Shown: piece by piece, positions 19,561-28,839 of the stretch
Numbering within the stretch: the first letter of the stretch is position 1
How the letters are laid out: each line of letters starts with the position of its first letter
NCBI GenBank assembly: GCA_965208125.1
Contig: OZ242320.1
Span: 2,688,001 to 2,752,000 of the forward strand
DNA: 64,000 bases
Source: Candidatus Latescibacterota bacterium
GTDB lineage: Bacteria > Latescibacterota > UBA2968
Reading direction: 5' to 3'
Position numbers and translations under genes: made by a program
The notes under the pieces: generated by a model
The model's input: the letters and a program-made list of their open reading frames with translations, nothing else
Databases searched by the model: none
Told to the model about the DNA's origin: nothing

Positions 19561-21159
19561 TTATTTTACCAGAAGCAGCCGTCGAATGATGACGCTACTT
19601 GAATGTGCCAACCGATAAATGTAAACGCCGCTGGAAACTTCTCGGCCAAACTCGTCCTTGCCATCCCAGGTGACACGATAATGACCAGATGCCTGACTGT
19701 CCTGTACAAGGACGCGAACCTGCTGTCCCAATGTGTTGTATATCGCCAGGCTCACATGCCCTGTTTCGGGTATCTGATAGGCGATTTGCGTAGAGGGGTT
19801 GAAAGGGTTGGGGACGTTGGGATGTAGGACGAGGCCCTGCATAGCCATCTGGGCGCGATCGCCTATGGGAAGGGAGAGCGTTGTGGGTTCCCCACTGTTG
19901 ATGGGAATGCTGTTCCAGGTGGCGAGTGTGTTGCCATCTGCGTCCTTCGCACGGGCGAGGTAGTAGCCCGAAGCGTCGCTATCAGATTGAATTTCGATGG
20001 TGGTGCGTCCTTCGGCATCAGTGGTGCCTTGCCACAGGTATTCGGATGCGCGACCCGCAATGGATCGGGAGAATTCGACTGTGGCGTCTGCTACAGGCTG
20101 ATCGTTCTGGGTGAGGGTGATATTCACCATAGCGCGCTTGAGGTCTTTATAGAACCCGGCGCCGACGATATACTCCCCGCCACGGAACACAACGAGTTCG
20201 GCGTAGCTCACTTTAGGCGAACCGATGTCTTCATCGCCTTCTACCGCAGGGTCGTCGAAGTAATATTCGACATATCCACCGCCCGCCTTTGCCACGTTAA
20301 TGAGTTCTCGGATGAACTTAACCCCGTTTATATCCACCCGATCGAGACTGCTCACAAACCTGTGCTCTACCGATCGGTCGGCACCGTGAAAGTACACATA
20401 ACCGTCCGTGGTGAAGACAAAAAAGTAAACGGAGCCTTGTCTATAGGGGCCACCTTCTTCTCTGAAGAGATCCTGATTTTGCTGAAGTATGTCAAGCCCG
20501 ACTTGCTCTATGGCTTTTAGATAGCGGTTTCCCGTCCCCTGTACGAATGCCTTGAGGGTTTCCCGATCAACCACGTCGGCGGCTGTGACGTCGGGAGGAG
20601 GGATGAGGGACGGATCGAACGGCGTTGCACTGGCATGCGAAACATCCTGGTAATAGCCGCCGATCAGGACCACCGTGGTTCCGGCTATTCCGGAGGTATA
20701 ATTGACGGCGTAGGCGACCTTGGGGGTGTCCTCGTCTCCTTCCACTGCCGGGTCATCCCAGTAATACTCGACGTGGCCTCCGCCCATGTTGGCTGCTGCA
20801 AGGAGGTTTTGCACGACCTTATTGCCGCGGGCGTCTTCGATGTCGTACAGGTGCTTGCCGTTCACGCTGATGTCACCGGCATGATGAAATACCGTGCCAT
20901 CTGGTAACATGATGATGAGGTACGTGTTCCCGTGTTTCCAATCCCCCTCGATGCTAATGCTGTGGAGATACGGCGCGAGGTTGTTGGGGTCGGTAAAAGC
21001 TTCCGCATGTGATTTTGCATATAATACGAATGCCTCCAATGTCTCCGCATCTACCACTTCGCTGGCGGTTATCTTCTGAGGTGATTGAGCTATGGCAGGT
21101 TGCACTGCTGCAAAGAGACTTGCCATTCCCCAAAGGATTACTGCTGTTAGACGTCTCAA
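19561..21159 (-). CDS. Secreted protein: two Cache_2-type domains, shared ~85-aa domain, and C-terminal FlgD-Ig / T9SS-like sorting domain
   Basis: Signal peptide ending AIA-Q; two GGG(H/Y)VEYY(W/F)DDP..PKV(A/S)YA units; VEFSRSIAG domain; PNPFNPSTQIAY..IYNTLGQ..WDG.D..G..VSSGVYIY tail. Confidence 0.8.
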   Translation of the reverse strand: MRRLTAVILWGMASLFAAVQPAIAQSPQKITASEVVDAETLEAFVLYAKSHAEAFTDPNNLAPYLHSISIEGDWKHGNTYLIIMLPDGTVFHHAGDISVNGKHLYDIEDARGNKVVQNLLAAANMGGGHVEYYWDDPAVEGDEDTPKVAYAVNYTSGIAGTTVVLIGGYYQDVSHASATPFDPSLIPPPDVTAADVVDRETLKAFVQGTGNRYLKAIEQVGLDILQQNQDLFREEGGPYRQGSVYFFVFTTDGYVYFHGADRSVEHRFVSSLDRVDINGVKFIRELINVAKAGGGYVEYYFDDPAVEGDEDIGSPKVSYAELVVFRGGEYIVGAGFYKDLKRAMVNITLTQNDQPVADATVEFSRSIAGRASEYLWQGTTDAEGRTTIEIQSDSDASGYYLARAKDADGNTLATWNSIPINSGEPTTLSLPIGDRAQMAMQGLVLHPNVPNPFNPSTQIAYQIPETGHVSLAIYNTLGQQVRVLVQDSQASGHYRVTWDGKDEFGREVSSGVYIYRLAHSSSVIIRRLLLVK

Positions 21160-21423
21160 AACAATTCCTCCCTTTTTGAGTTGTGATACTGTGAACTATA
21201 CTTTTCTTATGGATAATAAAGATACGACTCCTCCCCCAAAAAAAGTAGTTTTATTTATACAAACGTTTTCTTTTATTAATTCTATTTACGATACAAGCAG
21301 AAGCTCAGATCCAGGATGCTCTGCTTTGAAAGGAGGGCTAAAAAACAACCGCTCTCTTGTTGGAACTTGTAAGAGAGCGGTTGAGTGTCGTAAAGAAATG
21401 GATTGTTGATTGATTTCAGGACA

Positions 21424-23031
21424 TCACGGTGAGAAGCGATAGACCACGGGCAATTGCGCGGGGTCTGTGATGTTCAAATCTGTGTGGTGATAGATGTTTA
21501 TGCGCCCGGTGCCGCAGTCTCCAAATTCGTCGCAGGTGAGCGTGCCGAGGAGGCCCTGGAAGCCGGATGTATGATGGAGTTCCCTGCGCAGTGCGGCGCG
21601 ATCGACATACAATTTCCCGTCATCTTCGCCCGCGACAATCTCGATGGCATTGAGCAGTAGCGTTGTGGCGTCGTAAGCGTGCGCCCAGTAAGGCGTGCCT
21701 GGAAATCCGCCATACGCGGCTTCATACGCGACGAGCACGTCATCTACGCTTTTACCCGTTGTAGAATTGACATTTGTGCCGAGGTCCGTCTCAGGTCCCG
21801 CAGCGTAAATGCCCTCTGACTGCGGTTTGGCGAGGAACTCCGAATCGAGGAGAGCCGCACCCGCGATAAGTGTCGCGTCTTTCAGGCTGTCGTGTTCCCG
21901 CACTTGCTTGGCGAAAGGTATGCCTTCTTCGTCGAAGAGCGGGAAGAAGATGCCGTCTGGTGTGGCTGCCGCGAATTCCGTGAGGACAGATGTCATGTCC
22001 GTCTGTCCTTTCGCGATCCTGGCGGTGGCTGCAACTTCGCCGCCGATAGCGCTAAACGCATTGTCAAATGCGACGGTGAGGCCCATGGTGTAAGGGTCAC
22101 CATCGTTGATGGCCGCCATGCGCCGCAGGCCCAATTCATTATACGCGAAATCGGCGACTGCCCGCGCCTGATAGAGATCGTTGACCGATACGCGGAAATA
22201 GCCGGGGTGATAGTCGGAACTCGCGTTGCCCGCGAGGTCCGATGTGAGTGCTGGCGAGGTGTTGGACGGCGAGATCATTACCAGTCCCGCCGCGCTGATT
22301 ACTGGCGAGGCCGCCACTGCTGCGCCGGAGCAGGATGTGCCGATGACGCCCAGTACCTGCGGGTCGGCGATGATCTGCTCTGCACCCATGTGTCCGCCTT
22401 CCGGTCCACACCCGGTGTCTATTGACTCGCCGAGTTCGACCGCGTGACCGTGGATCAGACCGAAGTCTTGCACGGCCAACTCAATAGCGTGCCGCGATGG
22501 GACACCGAGCGACGCCGCGATGGTATGTGTGAGCAACGAGCGGATCTGCACGGCTTCGCCTTCCTCAATCTCGACCTGAGATCGCACGGATGAACCAGTT
22601 ACATGCGCCCTTCCACCAATGGGCAAATCGAGCATGACCTCGTAGCCCGCGTTGATCGGAATGCTCGACCAGGAACCGATCACGACCTCGTCCTGAGAGG
22701 CACGCGCCTGGTAATAACCATTGCCAGATTTGATTTCCACCCATGCATGACCGTGGTCGTCGGTCGTGCCCGACCAATGGTAGTCTGGTGCCTGTCCTGC
22801 AATGGAACGCGAAAATTCTAAAGTTGCACCGCTTACTGGTGCGCCATCACGGTGCACAGTGGCTCTTACTATAGCCTGTACGGCATCTCCGTGCGCTACC
22901 AATTTGCTCAGGGGACGTCCAATCTGTTCGTCTGTCCCGGTCTCTGACTGCGTGACGCGCTCACCGCCGCAGTTCCACATCAGTCCTGCGGCAAGAGCTA
23001 TGACAACTATAATGCGGATGTGTTTCATCAC
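21424..23031 (-). CDS. Putative lipoprotein, close paralog of 17778-19385 (shared domain plus LivJ-type SBP)
   Basis: Collinear and highly similar over the full length at both protein and DNA level; GGAGGACCGGTGATG start context. Confidence 0.82.
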   Translation of the reverse strand: MMKHIRIIVVIALAAGLMWNCGGERVTQSETGTDEQIGRPLSKLVAHGDAVQAIVRATVHRDGAPVSGATLEFSRSIAGQAPDYHWSGTTDDHGHAWVEIKSGNGYYQARASQDEVVIGSWSSIPINAGYEVMLDLPIGGRAHVTGSSVRSQVEIEEGEAVQIRSLLTHTIAASLGVPSRHAIELAVQDFGLIHGHAVELGESIDTGCGPEGGHMGAEQIIADPQVLGVIGTSCSGAAVAASPVISAAGLVMISPSNTSPALTSDLAGNASSDYHPGYFRVSVNDLYQARAVADFAYNELGLRRMAAINDGDPYTMGLTVAFDNAFSAIGGEVAATARIAKGQTDMTSVLTEFAAATPDGIFFPLFDEEGIPFAKQVREHDSLKDATLIAGAALLDSEFLAKPQSEGIYAAGPETDLGTNVNSTTGKSVDDVLVAYEAAYGGFPGTPYWAHAYDATTLLLNAIEIVAGEDDGKLYVDRAALRRELHHTSGFQGLLGTLTCDEFGDCGTGRINIYHHTDLNITDPAQLPVVYRFSP

Positions 23032-23134
23032 CGGTCCTCCTGAAAAACGTTGTGTGAAAATACTGTCTCGATAAAAGCCATGCCTAAAAATAGAAACCTC
23101 CCTGGAGAAAAAGCGTTGTGTGGAATACTGTCGA

Positions 23135-24157
23135 TTACGCAAATGCCAGAGCTTTTCTGGCAGCTTGAGCCTGAGGTGAGTTGGGATCGCGTCGTATGGC
23201 GCGATTCATAGCAAGATGTGCGCGTTTATCTCCGGTTTTAGCCAGTTCGAGGGCTTCTGCAAAACCTTTCTCCGAATAGCTGTGGTCGCGGGGTATGATG
23301 CGATTGTCCTGGTTTTGCCAGTAATATTTGAGGTCTTCGGTTTCCCAGTCTTTGTACACGTCTTCCCAGGTGAGATTGTTAAAGATGTTCAGATGGGGTT
23401 CGAGCATGTGTTCAGATAGGGTATCGCCGAGTTTTTGATAGCGGTTGTCGAGGGATACGCGAAGGCGGTCTTCGGTGAGATTTGGTAGAGCCTGGTGTAC
23501 TGTGAGTGCGGGAAAGATGAGGGTATCGCCGATTTCGTAGTTGGTGCTGTGCCATTGGCCTTTCAATTCGTCGGTGTGGATGCACAGGCCGCCCGCGCCG
23601 AGGGAGAAGTGGTGGTTCATCACGGCATTGATTTTGTGAGAGCCGGGCAGTACGGCGAGGCCACCGAGTTCAATGGGGCAGTCGCCTACAGGTGCCCAGC
23701 AGGTGTAGGTGTCGAAGTTGCCCTGAAAGTGGACAAAGTCCTGGTGAATCGGTGTGGTGTGCGCCGTGTATTTGGGAAACCACAGGCGAGCGACTTTGTG
23801 CGGATGCGGGAAAACAGAGCCGTCCATTACTTTTTCGAGCAGGTCGAGTACTTCTGGTTCATGGGCAATGCGGTGAAAGGCTTCGAGTTTGTACACTTCG
23901 TGATATACGTCGGTGTATTCGGGGTCGCCTTCGGTACATTGCCTGGAAATATCGGCAATGCCATCTATGGGGTCGATTCCCTCGACGAGCCAGGGTGTCA
24001 TTTTGTTGAGCATTTGTCGCCGCAAATCCCAGAGTTTGTCCGGGTTTTGCAATTTGCGGAAGAAGATATATCCCTCTTCTCGGATGCGCCGTCGCAACTC
24101 TTCCGAATCGTTGATCGCGTCGTTGGATACGCGCAATTCTGCAATCTGGTCAGGCAT
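23135..24157 (-). CDS. Phytanoyl-CoA dioxygenase (PhyH) family Fe(II)/2OG oxygenase
   Basis: TPIHQD (HxD), GGLAVLPGSH, GDTLIF..VH, RVSLDNRY. Confidence 0.88.
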   Translation of the reverse strand: MPDQIAELRVSNDAINDSEELRRRIREEGYIFFRKLQNPDKLWDLRRQMLNKMTPWLVEGIDPIDGIADISRQCTEGDPEYTDVYHEVYKLEAFHRIAHEPEVLDLLEKVMDGSVFPHPHKVARLWFPKYTAHTTPIHQDFVHFQGNFDTYTCWAPVGDCPIELGGLAVLPGSHKINAVMNHHFSLGAGGLCIHTDELKGQWHSTNYEIGDTLIFPALTVHQALPNLTEDRLRVSLDNRYQKLGDTLSEHMLEPHLNIFNNLTWEDVYKDWETEDLKYYWQNQDNRIIPRDHSYSEKGFAEALELAKTGDKRAHLAMNRAIRRDPNSPQAQAARKALAFA

Positions 24158-24363
24158 GGCATGCTCCTGGGTTAATGAGGAGATTTAGGCGTTTTCTCTT
24201 CGGAGGGGATAGCCAAATTCCCTATAATGTATGTATTCCGTATATTAGAATGCAACTTAAATTAGCAGAGATAAGTTTAATTTATATGATAGGGCATCGC
24301 AAACTTTGTTTGCCAAATCTGTGCAAATCTTCGATAATTAAGGGTTATTTGTTTCGCATTACA

Positions 24364-24388
24364 GGCGGGTTGGGAAACCCGCCCCTAC
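24364..24388 (-). repeat. GTAG-type REP-like palindrome
   Basis: Minus strand GTAGGGGCGGGTTTCCCAACCCGCC; related copy at 39793-39817. Confidence 0.6.
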
Positions 24389-24396
24389 GTCTAATC

Positions 24397-24422
24397 ACTG
24401 ACAACTGACAACTGACAACTGA
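24397..24422 (+). repeat. Heptamer tandem repeat (ACTGACA) x ~3.7
   Basis: ACTGACAACTGACAACTGACAACTGA just before the RND start codon. Confidence 0.8.
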
Positions 24423-24429
24423 ATTTGCC

Positions 24430-27400
24430 ATGAATCCCAAATCTTCTCTTTTGCCGCGTATTTCGGTGTTGCGACCCGTGTCCGTTACCATGTGCCTTGT
24501 TGCACTACTGGTACTGGGGGCGGTGGCGTATGTGCGTATGCCCGTCGAGATGATGCCCGATGGTTTGACGCCGCCATTTTTGGCTGTGTCTGTTGGGTTT
24601 CGCAATGCCTCTCCGCAGGAGACCGAGCAACAGATTACCCTGCCGCTGGAAGAGACGCTGCGTACTGTAAAGGGTATTAAGACCCTGCGTAGCTACAGTT
24701 CTCGGGGCGTGCGCGTGCATATGGAATTTCGCCAATATACAGATATGGTGGTTGCGTACAATCAGGTTTCGGATCGGCTCGAGCGCCTCAAGCCCTTGTT
24801 GCCAGAAGAGGCGCGAGACGAGGTGCGTATTCACAAATACGATCAGGATTCGAAGTCTGTTATGTATGTGGCTGTGTCGATTGACTCGGACATTACAGAA
24901 CCCTTTCAGTTTATCGAGACCTTTGTGCAGTATCCTCTGGAGCGCGTGGATGGGGTTGGGCGTGTGGATATATTTGGCGCAGATCGCAAGGAAGTGATGG
25001 TGGAGGTGGATCAAGAGCGCATGAGGGCGCGCGGTGTGCGCATTGGCGAGATTGTTTCGACCTTGAGGAGCGACAATTTCGCGCTTGCCGGGGGCTATGT
25101 GCGCGAAGGCACAAAGAAATTTTACGTGCGGTCGCTGGCGCAGTATGTCACGTTGCGGGAAATTGAAAATATCCAGATTCAATCGCGGGCAGGCAAGGTG
25201 CGCCTGGGCGATGTGGCTTCGGTGGTTTTCGAGGTGCCCGAAAAGTCGTGGACGCAGCGCATTGATGGCAAAAGAGGTATGAGTTTTGGCATCAGACAGG
25301 AATCGGGTGCAAATGTCGCGGATGTGACCGATCGGGTTGTGGCAAAATTGAAAGCTATCGAAGAAGATCCGCACATGGCCGGGCAGGTGTCGTTTCAAGT
25401 GATGTTCAATCAGGGATTTTTTGTCAAGGAATCGATTCGCAATCTTCGGGAAACCGGGCTTTGGGGCGGGCTGTTTGCCGCGCTGGTGTTGTTGTTCTTT
25501 TTGCGTACCGTGCGGATGACGGCCATTATTACTTTGGCTATTCCGCTGTGTGTGATGATTGCGATGACCGCGTTGTATTTTGTCGGCTGGTCGCTCAATG
25601 TGGTGACTATGATGGGACTTATGGTTGGGATTGGGCTGGTTGTGGATAATGCCATTGTGATTTTGGAGAATATTTATCGCCGGCGGGGAAATGGCGAGGC
25701 GCCTGAAGATGCCGCTATCTTTGGCGCGAGTGAGGTGGGGCAGGCCATTACTATGGCGACGTTTACGACGGTGGTGGTGTTTTTGCCTATGATGTTGTTT
25801 AGCGGCAATATGTTTATGACTTTTTACATGACGCGTCTGGGCGTTCCGGTTGGGGTGGCTCTGGTGGGGTCGCTATTTGTGGCGCTGTTATTTATTCCCC
25901 TGGCATCTGTGCGATTGGGCAAAGGTCGGGTGCGTCCCAATCCCAAAATTATTGTGAAGGCGCGAGGAATTTATGAGCGCATGTTGAACTGGACATTGAG
26001 ACACCGGAGGGACGCGGTATTGATCGCGCTGGCACTTGCGGCAACGACGATGTATCCCCTGGATAATCTGAAGCGCGCAGACCGCCACCGCGGTGGCGCA
26101 TTTAACGATTTGGATGTGCGGTTGAGGTTGCCGCGTCACTTTTCGCCAGAAGAAACCGAGGATATTGTGGGGGAGGTTGAGGAATTTCTGGAGGCGCGGC
26201 GTGAAAAATACGGCTATGAAACCCTGCGCGTTTACTACCGACCTGGCTACGGTAATCTGAGCTTGTATATGCCGGCCAGGAGCGATGATCCGTGGTGGTA
26301 CGTGGCGTACAAAAATACGCGCAGTGCTCTGGGGATACCCGTTGCTGGACCCATGGAACGGGCTGAAGTCGCGGAAGATATTAGCAAAAATATGCCCAGA
26401 TATGTGGGTGTGCGGCATTCCGTGGAAGGGGCTCGCAATGAGGGCGGTGGTAGTGATCCGGGCGTGTCGATTTATCTGGAAGGCGATGATACCGAGGTCC
26501 TGGTCAGTCTCGTCGATGAGGTGGAGCGACGCTTGCGACAGATCCCGTCTCTCGTCGGTGTTGATACAGATTTGGAACTTGCCGATGACGAGGTGCGGGT
26601 CGTGATTGATCGGGAGCGGGCGAAACGACTTGGGATTTCTGTACGGGATGTTGCGCGCTATATCTCTTATGGTCTGCAAGGGGTGTCGTTGCCCCGTTTT
26701 AAGTCCGATGACGGCGAGGTGCGGGTGCGGCTTTTTCTGGATAGGACAGACCGACAAAATTTGAATCAGTTGCGCAATTTTCCGTTTGAGACCGACGATG
26801 GTACAGAAGTGGCTTTGAGCGAAGTCGCCTTCTTCCAGGTCTCGCGGGGGATGGGGCGCATTGCGCGGTACGATGGCAAGGTCAAGTTGCGTGTCAGGGC
26901 TTATACGACGCGTGCAGATATTAAGGGTCTGGCCGAGGAGATTGACAAAGTGATGGATGGTCTCGAGTTGCCCCGCGGGTATTCGTGGGACAAGGGAGAG
27001 AGTTTCAAGCAACTTAGAGAGGACGAAGCCTCTGAGCGGCTGGGAATTGTGATGGCGGTGATATGTGTGTTTTTGTTGATGGGCGTTTTGTTCGAGTCGT
27101 TTATTTTGCCGTTTTCAGTGCTTTTTTCAATTCCATTTTCTTTTTTGGGTGTTTACTGGACGCTGTATTTGACAGGCACGCCCATGGATAGGATGGCGTC
27201 TGTGGGGGTGATTGTGTTGATCGGTGTGGTGGTGAATAACGCGATTGTGCTGGTGGATATGGTCAATCGCTTGCGTGCCGATGGCATGAATCGCTTTGAT
27301 GCCATTATGGAAGCGGGGCACAATCGCTTTCGCCCCATTTTGATGACGACGTTTACAACGGTCTTTGGCTTGTTGCCCATGGCTGTGGGCGATAGCAATG

Positions 27401-27597
27401 CAATGGGTACGTCTTATGCGCCTTTGGGACGCACGATGATGGGCGGGCTGTTGGCCTCGACATTCCTGACGTTGCTGGTTGTGCCTCTGTTTTATACCTT
27501 GCTCGACGATTTGCGTCTGGCGATTCGGCGTTTGAGCGCGAGTGTATTTGCCGCTCGCGCGAGGGATGAGGCTTATGATACGGCTGACGATGATTGA
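24430..27597 (+). CDS. RND efflux transporter permease (AcrB/AcrD/AcrF family)
   Basis: 1055 aa; RPV N-terminus, GLVVDNAIVILENI, GVVVNNAIVLVD, RFRPILMT. Confidence 0.93.
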   Translation: MNPKSSLLPRISVLRPVSVTMCLVALLVLGAVAYVRMPVEMMPDGLTPPFLAVSVGFRNASPQETEQQITLPLEETLRTVKGIKTLRSYSSRGVRVHMEFRQYTDMVVAYNQVSDRLERLKPLLPEEARDEVRIHKYDQDSKSVMYVAVSIDSDITEPFQFIETFVQYPLERVDGVGRVDIFGADRKEVMVEVDQERMRARGVRIGEIVSTLRSDNFALAGGYVREGTKKFYVRSLAQYVTLREIENIQIQSRAGKVRLGDVASVVFEVPEKSWTQRIDGKRGMSFGIRQESGANVADVTDRVVAKLKAIEEDPHMAGQVSFQVMFNQGFFVKESIRNLRETGLWGGLFAALVLLFFLRTVRMTAIITLAIPLCVMIAMTALYFVGWSLNVVTMMGLMVGIGLVVDNAIVILENIYRRRGNGEAPEDAAIFGASEVGQAITMATFTTVVVFLPMMLFSGNMFMTFYMTRLGVPVGVALVGSLFVALLFIPLASVRLGKGRVRPNPKIIVKARGIYERMLNWTLRHRRDAVLIALALAATTMYPLDNLKRADRHRGGAFNDLDVRLRLPRHFSPEETEDIVGEVEEFLEARREKYGYETLRVYYRPGYGNLSLYMPARSDDPWWYVAYKNTRSALGIPVAGPMERAEVAEDISKNMPRYVGVRHSVEGARNEGGGSDPGVSIYLEGDDTEVLVSLVDEVERRLRQIPSLVGVDTDLELADDEVRVVIDRERAKRLGISVRDVARYISYGLQGVSLPRFKSDDGEVRVRLFLDRTDRQNLNQLRNFPFETDDGTEVALSEVAFFQVSRGMGRIARYDGKVKLRVRAYTTRADIKGLAEEIDKVMDGLELPRGYSWDKGESFKQLREDEASERLGIVMAVICVFLLMGVLFESFILPFSVLFSIPFSFLGVYWTLYLTGTPMDRMASVGVIVLIGVVVNNAIVLVDMVNRLRADGMNRFDAIMEAGHNRFRPILMTTFTTVFGLLPMAVGDSNAMGTSYAPLGRTMMGGLLASTFLTLLVVPLFYTLLDDLRLAIRRLSASVFAARARDEAYDTADDD

Positions 27598-27615
27598 TGA
27601 TTGAGAGGATGAGTA

Positions 27616-27705
27616 ATGGAAACAGTCATTGGCATGATCGTAGTAACGGGCCTGTGTGGGCTTACCGCCTTGCTGGTAAGGTGGCAAGCAAAAAAGAAGA
27701 AGTAA
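27616..27705 (+). CDS. 29-aa single-pass membrane peptide METVIGMIVVTGLCGLTALLVRWQAKKKK
   Basis: GAGGA RBS, one hydrophobic helix, basic tail; lies between the RND stop and the terminator. Confidence 0.6.
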   Translation: METVIGMIVVTGLCGLTALLVRWQAKKKK

Positions 27706-27710
27706 CGATT

Positions 27711-27738
27711 GTGGCGGTTTTGAGACCGCCACTTTTTT
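27711..27738 (+). terminator. Intrinsic terminator
   Basis: GTGGCGGTTT-loop-AGACCGCCAC-TTTTTT. Confidence 0.8.
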
Positions 27739-27750
27739 GTTGGATTTATT

Positions 27751-28782
27751 ATGCTTGAGAAAGACGATTTAGACAAACGCCCGCTGATGGGTATTACGAT
27801 GGGCGATCCGTGTGGTATAGGACCGGAAGTGATTTTGAAGGCTCTGGCACATGAGGAAAGCTATCGCGTGTGCAGACCACTGGTTATTGGGCATCCCGCC
27901 ATTTTGAAGCGCGATATGGCTATGGCCGGTGTGCGACTGGATGTGCGGGTTGTGGCGCGACCCGAAGATGGTGCGTTTGAATTTGGGTGTGTTGATGTCT
28001 GGTGTCCGGTGGATGTGGATGTGGATCAGATTGCTATGGGCGAGGTGTGTTGCGAGGCGGGAAGAGTAGCGGCTGAGTGGGTGATTCGCGCGGTTGATCT
28101 GGCGATGGCGGATCGCATTGACGGTATTGTGACGGCGCCTTTGAATAAGGAGGCAATGAATCTGGCGGGTTATTCCTTTGCGGGTCATACGGAGTTGCTG
28201 GCTGAGAAATCAGGTGCAGGACGCGCACATCTTATGCTGGCATCTGACCGCCTGACTGTGTCGCATGTGACGGGGCATATTGCGTTGCACGAGGTTCCAG
28301 ACAGGCTTACGGTCGATTTGATTTACGATACTGTTCGGTTGACCCGCGATGTGCTTATCGGCATGGGAAAGTTAGATCCCAGGGTTGCAATATGCGGGTT
28401 AAATCCACACGCGGGCGAAAATGGCTTGTTTGGTAGCGAGGACGCGGAGATCGTGCGTCCGGCTGTTGAAAAGGCTCTGGATAAGGGCTGGTGCGTTGAA
28501 GGTCCGCTGCCTGCGGATACGACTTTTTTGAAGGCCTACAATGGGCTGTACGACGGGGTGGTGGCGATGTATCACGATCAAGGCCATGTGCCCGCAAAGC
28601 TGGTGGCGTTTGACGAGGCTGTCAATGTGACCCTGGGCTTGCCGATTGTGCGGGCGTCTGTGGATCACGGTACGGCTTATGATATCGCGGGCAAAGGTAT
28701 CGCTAAAGCCGTGAATATGTTGCAGGCAATTCGCGTGGGGAGTAAGTTGGCGATTTATAGAAGTGTGAAGGATGAAGTGTGA
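27751..28782 (+). CDS. pdxA: 4-hydroxythreonine-4-phosphate dehydrogenase (PdxA/PdxA2 family)
   Basis: ITMGDPCGIGPE, TAPLNK, GHTE, LNPHAGE, AMYHDQG, DHGTAYDIAG. Confidence 0.93.
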   Translation: MLEKDDLDKRPLMGITMGDPCGIGPEVILKALAHEESYRVCRPLVIGHPAILKRDMAMAGVRLDVRVVARPEDGAFEFGCVDVWCPVDVDVDQIAMGEVCCEAGRVAAEWVIRAVDLAMADRIDGIVTAPLNKEAMNLAGYSFAGHTELLAEKSGAGRAHLMLASDRLTVSHVTGHIALHEVPDRLTVDLIYDTVRLTRDVLIGMGKLDPRVAICGLNPHAGENGLFGSEDAEIVRPAVEKALDKGWCVEGPLPADTTFLKAYNGLYDGVVAMYHDQGHVPAKLVAFDEAVNVTLGLPIVRASVDHGTAYDIAGKGIAKAVNMLQAIRVGSKLAIYRSVKDEV

Positions 28783-28839
28783 AGGGGATGATGCACCTGC
28801 CTTTGGGTGGTTGGGCGGGGCCTTCTTCCTTCTCACTTC

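Noticed and set aside
17778-23031. Near-identical paralogs as a diversity-generating retroelement or invertible shufflon
   Set aside because: No reverse transcriptase or recombinase in the window, differences are not adenine-specific, and all copies are co-oriented.
25888-27012. 374-aa antisense ORF and similar long shadow ORFs (e.g. 7099-8001, 24505-25398, 34451-35323, 35490-36413, 37685-38554, 47054-47959, 49669-50592, 50946-52157)
   Set aside because: They lie opposite well-supported genes, have no motifs, and are expected from codon bias on the coding strand.
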